Shown piece after piece: positions 52,486 through 64,000 of a DNA stretch of 64,000 nucleotides. Under the pieces are notes generated by a model. That model saw nothing but the letters and a program-made list of their open reading frames with translations. It had not been told where the DNA came from and did no database searches. Both the position numbers and the translations under genes were made by a program. The stretch is taken from the NCBI GenBank assembly GCA_037447605.1, contig CM074814.1, positions 1,860,001 to 1,924,000 on the forward strand, written 5' to 3'. Every line of letters starts with the position of its first letter. Position 1 is the first letter of the stretch. This DNA comes from Zygnema circumcarinatum SAG 698-1b (taxonomy: Eukaryota > Plantae > Zygnematophyceae).

Positions 52486-55012
52486 ATGGGGAAGGCGAAG
52501 AAGACTAGGCGCTTTGCAGAGGTGAAGCGGCTCTTGGCGCCTCGCGAGCTGAGAGAGTGAGTGCTCCCTCTCCTGCACTCCTGCTCTCCTGAATGCTCTG
52601 CCTGCCGCTCGCCATGGTTGATAGAGGCTACAGCTGGTAGGCTGCTGACGGGTACACGGGCCGGACAGGCATCAAAAGGCCGTGCTCGACCCTAAGAAAC
52701 ATCGGCAAGATGAGCCTCCGCTTCCCCGAAATGTGTACGTTGCACAGCTCTTCAGCTTGTTGTTGTGCTGTTACCTTTGCCTGCAGACTGCGGGCGTTGC
52801 ATAGAATTTGCTCTAGTTTATCCAGAAATTTTTAATTGCAATTTAAGGTTACGCTCTACGTTATTGTGCATGTACAGCACTTATAATTGTTGCCAAAATT
52901 TAGTCTTCGTAAAACTAAAAAGAGAGAGCTCTTCTTCCAAAGCGATGGAGAGTAAAATGCACAATAGGCTATCGACCTCATATAAACCTTTGGTTGGGCC
53001 ATGAGTACTGAAAATTTAAGGGCGGGAAGTGCTTATTTTAAAGTAATATTCTGCTTCCAAACAGCAGCCACCCTCTCCTTTCGAAATGAATTTAGCAAGC
53101 CTTGTTGCAGTGTTGCAGCTCTTGCTGAGGCACAGATAGAGAAAGCCACATTCAAGCATGACTGGATACGACGATGCTAGAGTTTTTGTTGAACGCATAC
53201 GTTCGGCTTCGTTCGTCGTTTGGCTTGACTGGCTAGGTTGTGATGTAACCTAGCTTAACCCCGTGCTCGTGGCTGAAATCTCCTAGCCTTCTGATTGAGC
53301 AAGCTGGAACATCATGATACTGTACATTCATGACTACCTTCAACGAGAGGACTCGGCTGTCCTGGAGTAGTCTTGACAGGGTCTAGAAAAGAATGAACTC
53401 CGCTTGACTAACGTCCATCTCAAATTTTAGCCAAGTTTCTTAACATGCCGATTGAAATAGAAGGTCTGCAACTGCAAGCTTTTCCCAAGTCTTCAACATA
53501 CTGTATGCAATTGCAATTGCGCAGACCAAACGTCTCAACTGCGCTGTTCTTCAAGCACAACACAGCACTGGGCCCTCCGTACCAGGTGTTGGTGGATACC
53601 AACTTCATCAACCTGTCAATTCAGAATAAAGTACGTATGTCTGCCTGCAGAACTTGTTGCCAGCAGCAGATCCTTCTTTTGTTGATATACTAAGGTGAAT
53701 TCGAGGCTTTTAACTCTGTGACGTTTGTTGGGTGCAGCTGGACATGAAGAAGGGGATGATGGATTGCTTGTATGCCAACTGTAAGTTTCTTAGTTTCGGC
53801 CCTTCGAAGTTATTCACCTCCAATCAAGCTCTTTGAATAGTGAAATCAAGATTTCTTCTCTAGACTGGCTTTTCTTTTTTTATGGAATAATTGTTGCATA
53901 GACACTGGGCTGGGCGTTGCAGGCACGCCCTGTGTCACGGACTGTGTGATAGCAGAGCTTGAAAAATTGGGCCAGAAATACCGCGTGGCCCTTAGGTAAG
54001 GCTTGCTGCGTGTAGGTTGCAGCTTGTTCTGCTCGTTTGTTCTTTTGTGCACTGGCTCTGCTCGGAGTTCAAACACAGCTTATTCGACTTTCGTTTTTGG
54101 CAGGCTGGCACAACATGACGATGTTGAGAAACTTCCTTGCACACACGCGGGCACGTATGCTGATGATTGTCTCATTCAAAGAGTAACTCTGGTAGGGCTG
54201 ACGTCCTGCACTTTTCTTCGTCCTTAGTGATCCAAAAGAAAGCGAGGCAAGAGAGCGAGAGAGAAAAAGAGATGAGAGAGGGATAGCAGGAGTGACCGAG
54301 CACGATGCACAGCTAACGAGAGCTGCTGGGGTTGGGGTTCTTGAGTATGTGATTCATTAGTGTCTTCAACAATCCTTAAGTCCCGTCTTTTGTGTAAAGT
54401 GATAAGGGAATGTCGCTTGAGCTGGGGAACCAATTGAAATGATCCAAGAGTAGCAACATGGACAATCACCAACAAGTTATGCTAATGCTTGCGGCTTACC
54501 TTTGGGAGCTGGGAAGTTTAGGGCAGTCCTTCCACGTGTTATAGTTCGTTTGGTTTTGAAAGCTTATTGGTTGAGGTATGCAGCACAAGTGTTACATCGT
54601 TGCAACGTGTGATCGAGATTTGAAGAGGCGAATTCGGAAGGTAAGTCGACTCTTTTCGGCCGTTCTTTATCTCACGTTGCCATGCATTACGTTGCTTAAA
54701 GCCTTGAAAGGAAGCTGAAGTTTTCCGCGTGGGCTATTTTTACAGATTCCTGGAGTCCCTATCATGTATATATCGCAGCACCGGTACTCCATTGAGCGGT
54801 TACCAGAGGCGACAATTGGAGGAGGTAAGAGCCACTTCTGTTCACTATACACGCCAAAAGTTGAAGAACAGAACAGGAATGTTGGCAAAAGGCTCGTCTC
54901 TATCTCTCCTCACTATATCTGTGCTTAACTTGAAAGCAACATGAAAGGGAACATGTGTTGATGTTGATTGATGTTGGTCATCTTGCCGCATTTTGCAGCT
55001 CCAAGGTTGTAG
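52486..55012 (+). CDS. FCF1: rRNA-processing PIN nuclease FCF1/UTP24, multi-exon
   Basis: [88 protein letters not shown]. Confidence 0.95.
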
Positions 55013-55415
55013 CACAGTATAGCTTGGCACGTGCAGGCGTGCGGCTGCATGCCGCGATTGTGGCCCACGGAATCCGATGAGGCTGAGTTCAATAAAACTT
55101 TCAGCAAGGCTGCTGATTTCATGCTCCAATCAGCACTGCTTGAGGTTTCCCGTCCATCACTCGTTGCAGTTCTGCAAGTCGGTTGCTTCAACTGTTTATC
55201 ATCAACTTAGGGCGGTGTGTAAGCAATTGGAAGGTTGGGCTCTGAAAGATGTTGAAGAAGGTGATGGGTGATAAGCAGTTGTGAAACAAGCTAATTGAAG
55301 GGGAGACACCAAGCACCTGCTTCGGGTTTCAGAGTTGGGGTGGAAGTGAGGGGAAATGCCATAGGCATTTTTGGAAGTCCGTTGAGTCCGTTGAGTTCGA
55401 CTACAGTTACCTCAG

Positions 55416-56050
55416 CTTTCCTAGCCCTCTTTATCCCCGGCCTTTCCTAGCCCTCTTTATCCCCGGCCTTTCCTAGCCCTCTTTATCCCCGGCCTTTCCT
55501 AGCCCTCTTTATCCCCGGCCTTTCCTAGCCCTCTTTATCCCCGGCCTTTCCTAGCCCTCTTTATCCCCGGCCTTTCCTAGCCCTCTTTATCCCCGGCCTT
55601 TCCTAGCCCTCTTTATCCCCGGCCTTTCCTAGCCCTCTTTATCCCCGGCCTTTCCTAGCCCTCTTTATCCCCGGCCTTTCCTAGCCCTCTTTATCCCCGG
55701 CCTTTCCTAGCCCTCTTTATCCCCGGCCTTTCCTAGCCCTCTTTATCCCCGGCCTTTCCTAGCCCTCTTTATCCCCGGCCTTTCCTAGCCCTCTTTATCC
55801 CCGGCCTTTCCTAGCCCTCTTTATCCCCGGCCTATCCCCGGCCTTTCCTAGCCCTCTTTATCCCCGGCCTTTCCTAGCCCTCTTTATCCCCGGCCTTTCC
55901 TAGCCCTCTTTATCCCCGGCCTTTCCTAGCCCTCTTTATCCCCGGCCTTTCCTAGCCCTCTTTATCCCCGGCCTTTCCTAGCCCTCTTTATCCCCGGCCT
56001 TTCGTAGCCCTCTTTATCCCCGGCCTTTCCTAGCCCTCTTTGTTCCCGGC
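55416..56050. repeat. Homogeneous 26-bp tandem array (CTTTCCTAGCCCTCTTTATCCCCGGC), about 24 copies
   Basis: Near-identical units; one truncated unit near 55832-55843 and one substitution near 56004. Confidence 0.97.
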
Positions 56051-56179
56051 CAGGGATAAGTCCAATTTTGTTCGTGTTAGTGTCTAATAAAGAAGGCCTG
56101 TTTGGTCAAATTCCCTTTCAGTCACTTTTGTTCATTCTGCATGGTCAGTTTGTTTGACGATGGTTGTTTGTAATCGTAC

Positions 56180-57715
56180 AAAGTGTTCTGCTGTATCGTT
56201 GGAGGTTCAATATCGTTGTCAGTACAGTATCGTTGGAGGTTTAATATTGATTTCGATGCTGTATCGTTTGAGGTCCAATATCGTTTTCAGTACAGTATCA
56301 TTTGAGGTGCGATATCGCTATCGGTGTAATAGCGTTGTCAGTACAGTATCGTTTGAGGTGTAATATCGTTATCGTTACCATATCGTTGGGGGTATAATAT
56401 CGTTATCGGTACAGTATCGTTTGAGGTGCGATATCGTTATCGGTGAAATATCGTTGTCAGTACAGTATCGTTTGAGGTGCGATAACATTATCGATGCAAC
56501 ATCGTTGTCAGTACAGTCTCGTTGGAGGTGTAATATCGTTATCGGTGCTGTATCGTTGGAGATGCAATATTGTTGTCAGTACAGTATCGTTTGATGTACA
56601 ATATCGTTATTGGTGCTATATCGTTGGAGGTTCAATATCGTGATCGGTACATTGATCGGTACAGTATCGCTGGAAGTGTAATATCGCTATCGTTACAGTA
56701 TCGTTGGAGGTATAATAGCGTTATCGGTACAGTATCGTTTGAGGTACAATATCGTTTTTGGCACAGTATCGTTGGAGTTGCAATATCGTTATCGGGACAA
56801 TATCGTTGGGGATGCAATATCGTTATTGGTAGAGGGTTGTTGGAGGTGCAATACCGTTATCGATACAGTATCGTTGAAAGGTGCAATATCGTTAGTACAG
56901 TATTGTGTTGTCAGTACAGTATCGTTGGAAGTATTTCAGTACAGTATCGAGGTGCAATATCGTCATCGGTACAGTATTGTCGGAGCTGCAATATCGTTAT
57001 CGTTACAGTTTCGTTCGAGTTGGAATACAGTACCAGTACAGTACAGTACAGTACAGTATCAGTATCAGTATCAGTACAGTAGACCCCCCCAATATTTTCG
57101 CCATGGTTTCGGCAAATATTGGGCGAAAATATTGGGTAGCGAAAATATAAGGGTGTCCGTGTTAACAATAGGCGGGCGGTATTAGGTTAGAGTTACTGTG
57201 TGTCCGTACGTATCGTATCTTTCGTACCGTATCGAAGCCACGAAGAAGAGGAGTGGAACGAGCGCCTCTTACGGCGGCCCGTGCGGGAAGAGTCTTGAGC
57301 CCGTAACGGCTAGTACAGCTAGTACGGCTCGTAAGGTTAGTACAGTACGAATAGTACGGCTAGTACGAACCTTAAGGCTAGTATAGTACGGTTAATACGG
57401 CTAGTACGGTTCGTAAGGCTAGTACGGTACGGCTAGTGCGGTCAGTACGGCAAGTACGGCTAACACAGCCTTACCGTACAAAAAAAGTGGTTTTGGCAAA
57501 ATCAGGGCGAAAATATTGGGTAGCGAAAATAAGAGGGGCGAAAGTGGTTTTGGCAAAATCAGGGCGAAAATATTGGGTAGCGAAAATAAGGGGCGAAAAT
57601 ATTGGGGGGGTCTACTGTAGTAGTTGTATCAGTACAGTATCGTTGGAGGCATAATATCGTTAGCGGTACAGTATCGTTGGGGGTATAATATCGTTATTGG
57701 TACAATATCGTTTTG
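56180..57715. repeat. Degenerate satellite built from AATATCGTT and CAGTACAGTATCGTT(G/T)GAGG modules, interrupted by a MITE
   Basis: Dozens of TATCGTT motifs; pattern resumes after the insertion at 57620-57712. Confidence 0.85.
57077..57617. mobile_element. Non-autonomous Tc1/mariner (pogo-like) MITE, 541 bp, 26-bp TIRs, TA target duplication
   Basis: Left TA|CAGTAGACCCCCCCAATATTTTCGCC, right GGCGAAAATATTGGGGGGGTCTACTG|TA (exact inverted match); internal GGCGAAAATATTGGGTAGCGAAAATA repeats and a 57-bp tandem duplication. Confidence 0.88.
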
Positions 57716-58285
57716 CATCGCCAAACGCATCGTCACTGGTGTCGACATTCGCGGACAAAAAAAAATCAAAACTTTCCGCGGAGAGGTGCGGCCCGTCGAG
57801 ATCGGCCCGCGATCCAATAGCGATAATATCGACTGCCGGTAGGCGAGGGGCGCACCAGTGCTCGCCACGTGGCACTAAACACATGCCACGTATGCGGGGC
57901 TCGCAATCTCGAACCGCCACGTGGCAGCCGGCGGGCGCGCCGCAGAGAGCCATCACTTGGTCGCCCGCCGACAGGGACCCGCGCCACTCGCCACCCCTCG
58001 GTCGCCGTCCCTAAGGGACGGGGTGGGGAGGGAGGGGATTGGGTTTGCACGAACGAGCGAGCTCAAGGAGAGGGGCAGGAGGAGCTTGGAAGAGCAGGGG
58101 CAGGCAGGGAGGGGCTGGAGAGGGAGCCGTAAGCAAGAGCTTAGGAGGAGGAGTCAGGAGTTTGGGGGCCGGGGCGGGAGAGAGGGGAGGATTGGGATGC
58201 AGAGAAGTGGACAAGGGAGCCTCGCAGGATTGAAGGTTGGAAGTAAGTGTGGCTGGGAGAAGAACGGTGGCAACGGTTTTGCAAT

Positions 58286-59261
58286 ATGTCGTCGCCACCG
58301 TCGCAGTATGCTTCAGGCAACCCTCAGATGACCGCATTCTACTATTCGTTTCCCGTTTTTGGTGTGATTTTGCTAGGAGTCGCGTTCGCGCTAGGCTGTT
58401 TTGTGGCCATCCTTTGCCGTCAAAGAAATCTCAGCCGTCGCCAAGCTATGAGGATTGTACTTACTGGGAGAGGATTTCCACCGCGAGTTGAACGAGAAAC
58501 TGTCCCCGTTGTTGGTGAAGTGGTACCACTGCATGAGATCAAGGTTGACAGCAAGACCGGCCAAGTTATGCATGTAAGTTCTGACTATTTTAACTTCGTG
58601 CAGCCGCAACAATTTAAGATCGCTGACTGATCGCATATCATTGAACTTACTGGAATAGCTTGGTCTCACCTGCACCACTGTCCTAACCGAGTATTTGTAG
58701 GATAACATGTCACGGTTTTGCTATCAGGAAAGTCGGCGTTATAGACTAGAGCTGTGGCGCCACACAAGCTCAGGCTTCATATCCTTTCAGTCTAGCGTGA
58801 ACGGCGCGCAGATACCTGGCATTGTAGTTCAATGTGGAGCATTTACGTGCTTTCCAGATGTATTTTTTGATACAGGTTTCTCGTATGCTCCTGTGACTGA
58901 CAAATTTCGTATCGCAAAAAAACTCTACAGCGCAGGTGTCTCGACTAGGCAGGGAGCAGCTTCTCCTTTTGGAGTATACACATCTTCAAGTTCCTCTTTT
59001 CAGTGCGTGGCATTTAGGTGTTGTTGTTTTCCCTGGGTTTGCATGCAGGATTCTGATCTCCCGCTGGACTTCACCCCCGTCATTCTACCTGGGCAAGAAC
59101 GACCTGGAGCGTTTGCCATATTGGAAACGCCAGCTACGGCTGAGCTTGCTCGGCAGCAAAGGAGCCTCTCCCAACTAACGGAGGGAGGACGGGAAGAGAT
59201 TGGCGAAGCAAGCCCTCAAAGAGAAGGAGGCCCAAGTGTGCGTGTTGTGCAGCGGGAATAA
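58286..59261 (+). CDS. Small single-pass membrane protein (At5g65660/GDU-like architecture); join(58286..58573,59049..59261)
   Basis: N-terminal TM FPVFGVILLGVAFALGCFVAIL followed by basic residues; downstream VILPGQERP motif resembling VLMPG/VIMAG; phase-0 GT-AG intron. Confidence 0.55.
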
Positions 59262-59647
59262 AGTTCACCTAGTTGGGTCAATGCACCTTGATCTGAAGGT
59301 CAGGCCAATGTGAGGGACGAGAGCTCACGACACGGAGAAAAGGTGGAAGAGAGGTAACAAAAGGGTTTATGTACAATATTTTTCTAGTACCATGAAACAA
59401 ACAATCATGACTGGAGACGGGTAAGAGGAAGCAGTGTGCTTGGACGAAACCGCTACTCCGTATAAATGAAAATATTACATTGAACCACGTTAACGATGCA
59501 CCGTGGAGTCGGAGGCTGGTCTACGTCCTGCAGGTCTACGTCCTGCATTATTGAGGTAGATTACATTAGACGACAAAGATTGGCATAGAGGAATACAATT
59601 TTGACACAAGTTGGCGCAATTGACACAATCGGACCTAAGAGGAGCGG

Positions 59648-61457
59648 CTACGAAGAATTGAGAATGAGTTGTGAGTAAGCTCGCAAATTCGCAGCAGTTG
59701 GGAGACCTCCTGCCACTCCATTTCTAAGTAGAGTCGCAACTTCATTGCCGAGGCAGGCGGCCGCCTCGCCAAGTACATCGTCACGTCTTAACAAGCCACC
59801 TTCCATAGTTCGTCCCTCTGTGCTGGGGATGGTTTGCTCCACCAGGAGCTGCAGGAATTCAGCACATTTCAATCTGCAGGATTGCAAAGAGCGACAAAGT
59901 CACACGGCTTACTGTAGCTCAAGCAAGAGGTTTATAACAAACGCAGTGTTAGGCGGCAGTTAACTTGTGGCTCACAGTTGCAGTTTTAGTCAAATAAGCT
60001 GAGTTTCAGGCAGTCAGATATTACACATGTCCTCCCGAGTCTGTCTGCAGCAACAGTAACAGCAAATGCAACAATTAAAGAAGTATATAAGAATAAGAAT
60101 GTAGTTCTCAGTGCAATTACCTCAACGTTATGTCGGAAAGGCGGTTTTTCAATAGGCGAGCCACACGTGTGACGCCACCCACTTCTCTAAATGTCTGCCA
60201 GCAAGCAAGCACACATCTGGATTGAATAGATGATTCCCAACACGCTTGTAAACTGCTCTGTTGGCTGACCCACCCGTGATTGAAAAACATACCTGCTGGG
60301 ACCCAGGGCAATCTAAAAGCACTGCCAAAAGTGCATCCAAACTCGCTGACTGCACAGTAGAACTAACGCCCTTCATCTCCAGTCGGTCCAAAAGCTCCTG
60401 TAAAAGACAGTCGAATATTCTTCATAAAGCTTCTGTGGTGATTGAAAGTTGGTTCTACCAGTTAATGTTTACTTAACCGACGATTCAGAACAACTCGACT
60501 TTACAAATTTAAAAACGATTTGAGATTCTTAATAAATCATTCATCTAGAGCGAAATCAACGGGAATAATACTCCTTGCAAGGCACCATCACCAGAATTGG
60601 ACTATTGCAAGCTTAGTATTCGTTGGACACTGCGCAACGTTGTCCGTGTGTTGAGTTACAATCCTCATGTTCCACGAAAAATACTCTAGGGCACATGTTT
60701 TGTGGTCCACGATTGTATGTCTTGGTTCCCAAGTACAATAAAGAAGCGAATGGCCGACTCTGTTCTATTCAGACTTCCGTTGCAGCTTTTCCCAAATCTG
60801 TGCCAGTGCTGGTTACCTTTGCAGCACCATGGCGAGCACCCAGGCTGCGGCTGGAAGGGTCAAGAATGCAGCAACCCTCCAACAAGCGCAGAGCCCCAAA
60901 CGTATCCTCCTCACTGCTGGATTGCCATACAGTTTCCACATTGTGCTTGTCTGGCAGTTCCGTATTCGATTTGGCCACTGAAAGTGAATTTTCAAACAGC
61001 ACAGGAACAACTGGCAAAAGGACATGAAAGCGAAATGCAAAGAATGAGTAAGAAATTAAGCCATTTTTTAAAACAATCTCCAACCAGAACTACTACTTAG
61101 GTTAGCCGAATGCCAAGGAAGAGACGTGCTAAGTGCCCCTTGGTATAATCCTTTCACACTGCAACTGCCAAAATAGGCCATACTCTGCAGGTCAGGATAA
61201 AGCTGGCTGTCGCAAAAAAGCGGTCCAAGATCGTCGGAGGCCGACACAGTCTCCAGCAGCACAGCCAGTCGCCGCACCCCTCCCAAGCGCACGTGCGAGA
61301 AGGGCGAGGTGGCGTCCCGCAGCCCGGCGCGCAGGCGGAAGGAGAGCTCCCGCGTGAGGCGCTGCGCCGAGAGCGCAAAGCGTAGGGCCGCCAACGCCGG
61401 GCCCTCCCCTCCCTGCGCGCCCGCGCCCGCCTCCCATGGCGCCGCCGGCAGCTCCAT
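59648..61457 (-). CDS. Cdc14 SIN-component-like protein (S. pombe Cdc14 family, not the Cdc14 phosphatase), multi-exon
   Basis: ALRLLEGCCILD, QSASLDALLAVLLDCPGSQQ, FREVGGVTRVARLL, RLKCAEFLQLL motifs. Confidence 0.7.
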
Positions 61458-62386
61458 GGCGCCCTCCCCTCCTCCCTTGCTCCACTCCTTGCCTCTACTC
61501 TCCTCCCCTCTCCTTCCTACGGTACCTCCTCCGGTCCTCCCCCACCCCCCTCGGCCTAAAGGGTCCGAGCAAGGCCGAAGAGGCGAGGTGCTCTTAACGA
61601 CAGCGGAGACCCAATCAGAGCGCGCCACGTGGGAGACATTGCACACGTGGCATAGTGCGATTGGCAGAATCGGACACCGGGACACTAAGGGGACACTTTC
61701 GTTCACAATGTCTTTGGAATTTGTTTCCAAGCCCTCACCTGGAAACACCCCATGGCCATCGCCCCATACATGGACATGGGCCACTGGCATGGGCCACACG
61801 GGACATGGACCACATGGCGACCTAGACCATTTGTGACTGGTTGCCATGTTTTTTTCCATGTACACTATTTGATGGCATCGCCATGAAACATCGGTGAGGC
61901 CATAGCCATCGTCGTCGTGATGTGACTTGCATAACCTTTACTGGTGCTTTCATGTCGACCCTTTTCTATGTACATTTGATTGCGTCGCCACTCGCCACCA
62001 AGAGATCCATGTCACTCCACTTTACAGTGAGCAACGAGTGTTGAATGTTTGATGTTTCCTCCTGGTTCATGCGTCACGGCCAGGCCCAGGGGTCATGACC
62101 CCGTGGGCACAGCCGTATGCTAAAGCGTGTCTCGTGCAACCATCATGCCCGCATGGCTGCATGATGGCTATGGATGCATGATGGCTATGGATCCATGATG
62201 ACGATTCGGGACATGGGCGCGTGCGTGGCAGAATGGGCATGCGGGCGCCTGTCATTTGCCAAAACGAGCTGAACGGGAGGGAGAGCCGCTCCCGCTCGCG
62301 CCTGTTGCGACGGTTGCGCGCCCCGCCTCTGAGAAGGCCCGCAGGGAGTGAGGGAGGGAGGGAGGGAGGGAGAGAGGGAGGGAGCC

Positions 62387-63856
62387 ATGGAGTGGGTGGC
62401 ACGGCAGCATTTGGACATCCACCTCCATGCGCAGTGCGCAGCTTTCCACCCTCGCCATCCTCTCTTTGCCGTCGCACTGCGCTCCTCCATTGTCGGTGAG
62501 GCCTCTTGCACCGCCCTCTCTTGTAGCGCTGAGAGCGACACGCGAAACAGACAGTTGATTTGCGCTGTGGACATACATTCATTGGAAACTTTGGATTGGC
62601 ATCTCAAACTTCTGAGTAAAGCTCATCAGCACTCATTAGGAAGGCACATCGGTATCGGGGAAGCCAACAATGAAGCACTACGAAGCATAAAAAATGGAAA
62701 GAAAACAAAATATCTAGCAAGCCGGAGAAGGCTGTTTAATGAGCATGCGCGTTTTACGTCGTTGAGGCAGTTGTTCATTTCACGACTACAGGCAAACAGA
62801 AAAATTCCTTTGCAAAGATGCACATTCCTGCAGTTCATTCAAGCGTTGACAATACATCCATAATTTTGAGAGGATCATTAGCTTTGTCACACTTGAAGTT
62901 GCAAACGAGAAACGCCAGTTGTTGTTTTTATAAATGTTTGATCCCCATCACTGAAGCCAACAGTCTAGGTTAGTTTTGTTTGTTTAATAACATGTTATAT
63001 ATGCATTCCTCTTAGTGCTACTCAAATTTCTATGATGGATGAATGTCAGCTCCATGCTCACTGCTCGTGCCTGTTCACGATTTGCCATTTTTTCATCAGT
63101 ATTTTTAGCGACCTTTTCATTAAGACTTGCACCACCGGAACATGTTCACGTTCACTTTCACGTGTCGTCATGCTCAAAGTCTTGAGACGAAGTTGGCCGT
63201 TTGAAAAACCTGATGGAAAGCTGACATACGGTGAAGTGATCAGAAATATTAAAATGTAAGGCTGATTGCATGCATTTTGAAATCCTCCAGATTGAAGTAA
63301 TATGCAACCTTTGGAGGTTTTGCGAGGCCGAGCCTTGGAATGCGCCACATGATTGAAGCATGTTTCGTACTTGGATTGTGTTGAATCAGATAATTTCAGC
63401 TGTGCAAACTCCTCATCGTCATGGGTTGTTTTTCCTGCTTGCTCTCAAAGTGCATATTTTCTTCACATCACTGATGGTGGGTAATAGCCTATTCTGGGGT
63501 TGAAAATTCCGACTGACTCTGGAGCTGTATATGATGTTAGTGGGTTTGAGAATTTTCTTCCGATCGAAGGCATTTAGGGAGTTGCGTGGCACACTCCAAA
63601 TGGCACACTCCACTTAACTGTGACATAGAGAATTGATTGGCATGAACGGAAAACTTCTGCTTGTGAGAGAGTGATGGACTTTCGCTCCATGTTTCAAGTG
63701 CGAATGCGGATGTTTACACGCCCTAACAAATGTCGTTTTAATGCAGAATATGACATTCTCACTGGATGTAAGCTCTCGAGCGTGGACATGGGTGGCCTGG
63801 TCATTCGGATGGCGTACAGTCCTGCCGGAGGACACGTCATTGTGGCCGTGCTTGAG
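62387..63856 (+). CDS. TWD40-2: WD40 subunit of the TPLATE/TSET complex (TWD40-2-like); first two exons 62387..62495 and 63747..63856, continues beyond window
   Basis: MEWVARQHLD...AAFHPRHPLFAVALRSSIV-EYDILTGCKLSSVDMGGLVIRMAYSP...VAVLE matches the TWD40-2 N-terminus as I recall it. Confidence 0.8.
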
Positions 63857-64000
63857 GTCAGTCCGCTTGTCGTCAATATTAAGAAAGACCTCTGTCTGTC
63901 AGTTAAGTTAGTTGGGAAAATGCGAACCTCGAGTCTGGTTGAGCTTGAAGAACAAAGTAAAGCAAATAATTTCAATTGGGCCACTTAATCTCATTCGCCT

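Noticed and set aside
56570-57654. ORFs of 148-170 aa with QYR/VSL repeats
   Set aside because: Translations of the satellite and MITE; no transposase DDE motifs
55416-57715. CRISPR array or telomere
   Set aside because: Units are contiguous or degenerate without spacers and do not match known telomere motifs
1-64000. Autonomous transposon, viral, rRNA or tRNA genes
   Set aside because: No RT, integrase, transposase, capsid or structural RNA signatures recognised

Overview
Eukaryotic nuclear DNA with many short GT-AG introns, GC-rich first exons, GA/GGA microsatellites and one 10-N gap. Gene content (ELIP, clan-86 P450s, TWD40-2, NFXL2, root-cap/VWD-like secreted protein) indicates a streptophyte, most plausibly a charophyte/zygnematophyte-type alga or early-diverging plant (inference). 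About 18 protein-coding genes were reconstructed by hand from splice signals: FAD monooxygenase (partial), NFXL2, two apparently identical root-cap/VWD-like genes forming a 1702-bp inverted repeat, ELIP, prefoldin 6, a 41-aa microprotein candidate, a tandem double-HIT protein, two tandem clan-86 P450s, a GH32/43-like beta-propeller, RabA/Rab11, an aldo-keto reductase, a C2-like/TM/LysM protein, FCF1, a small single-pass protein, a Cdc14(SIN)-like protein and TWD40-2 (partial). Non-coding structure includes a 42-bp palindromic minisatellite, a homogeneous 26-bp array and a degenerate satellite carrying a TA-flanked Tc1/mariner-type MITE. Most interesting: the C2-like/TM/LysM architecture (possible plastid-peptidoglycan tether), the prokaryote-type tandem HIT protein, and the ORF-bounded inverted gene duplication. 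No rRNA, tRNA, CRISPR or transposase/RT ORF was seen. All homology calls are from motif recognition, not database searches.
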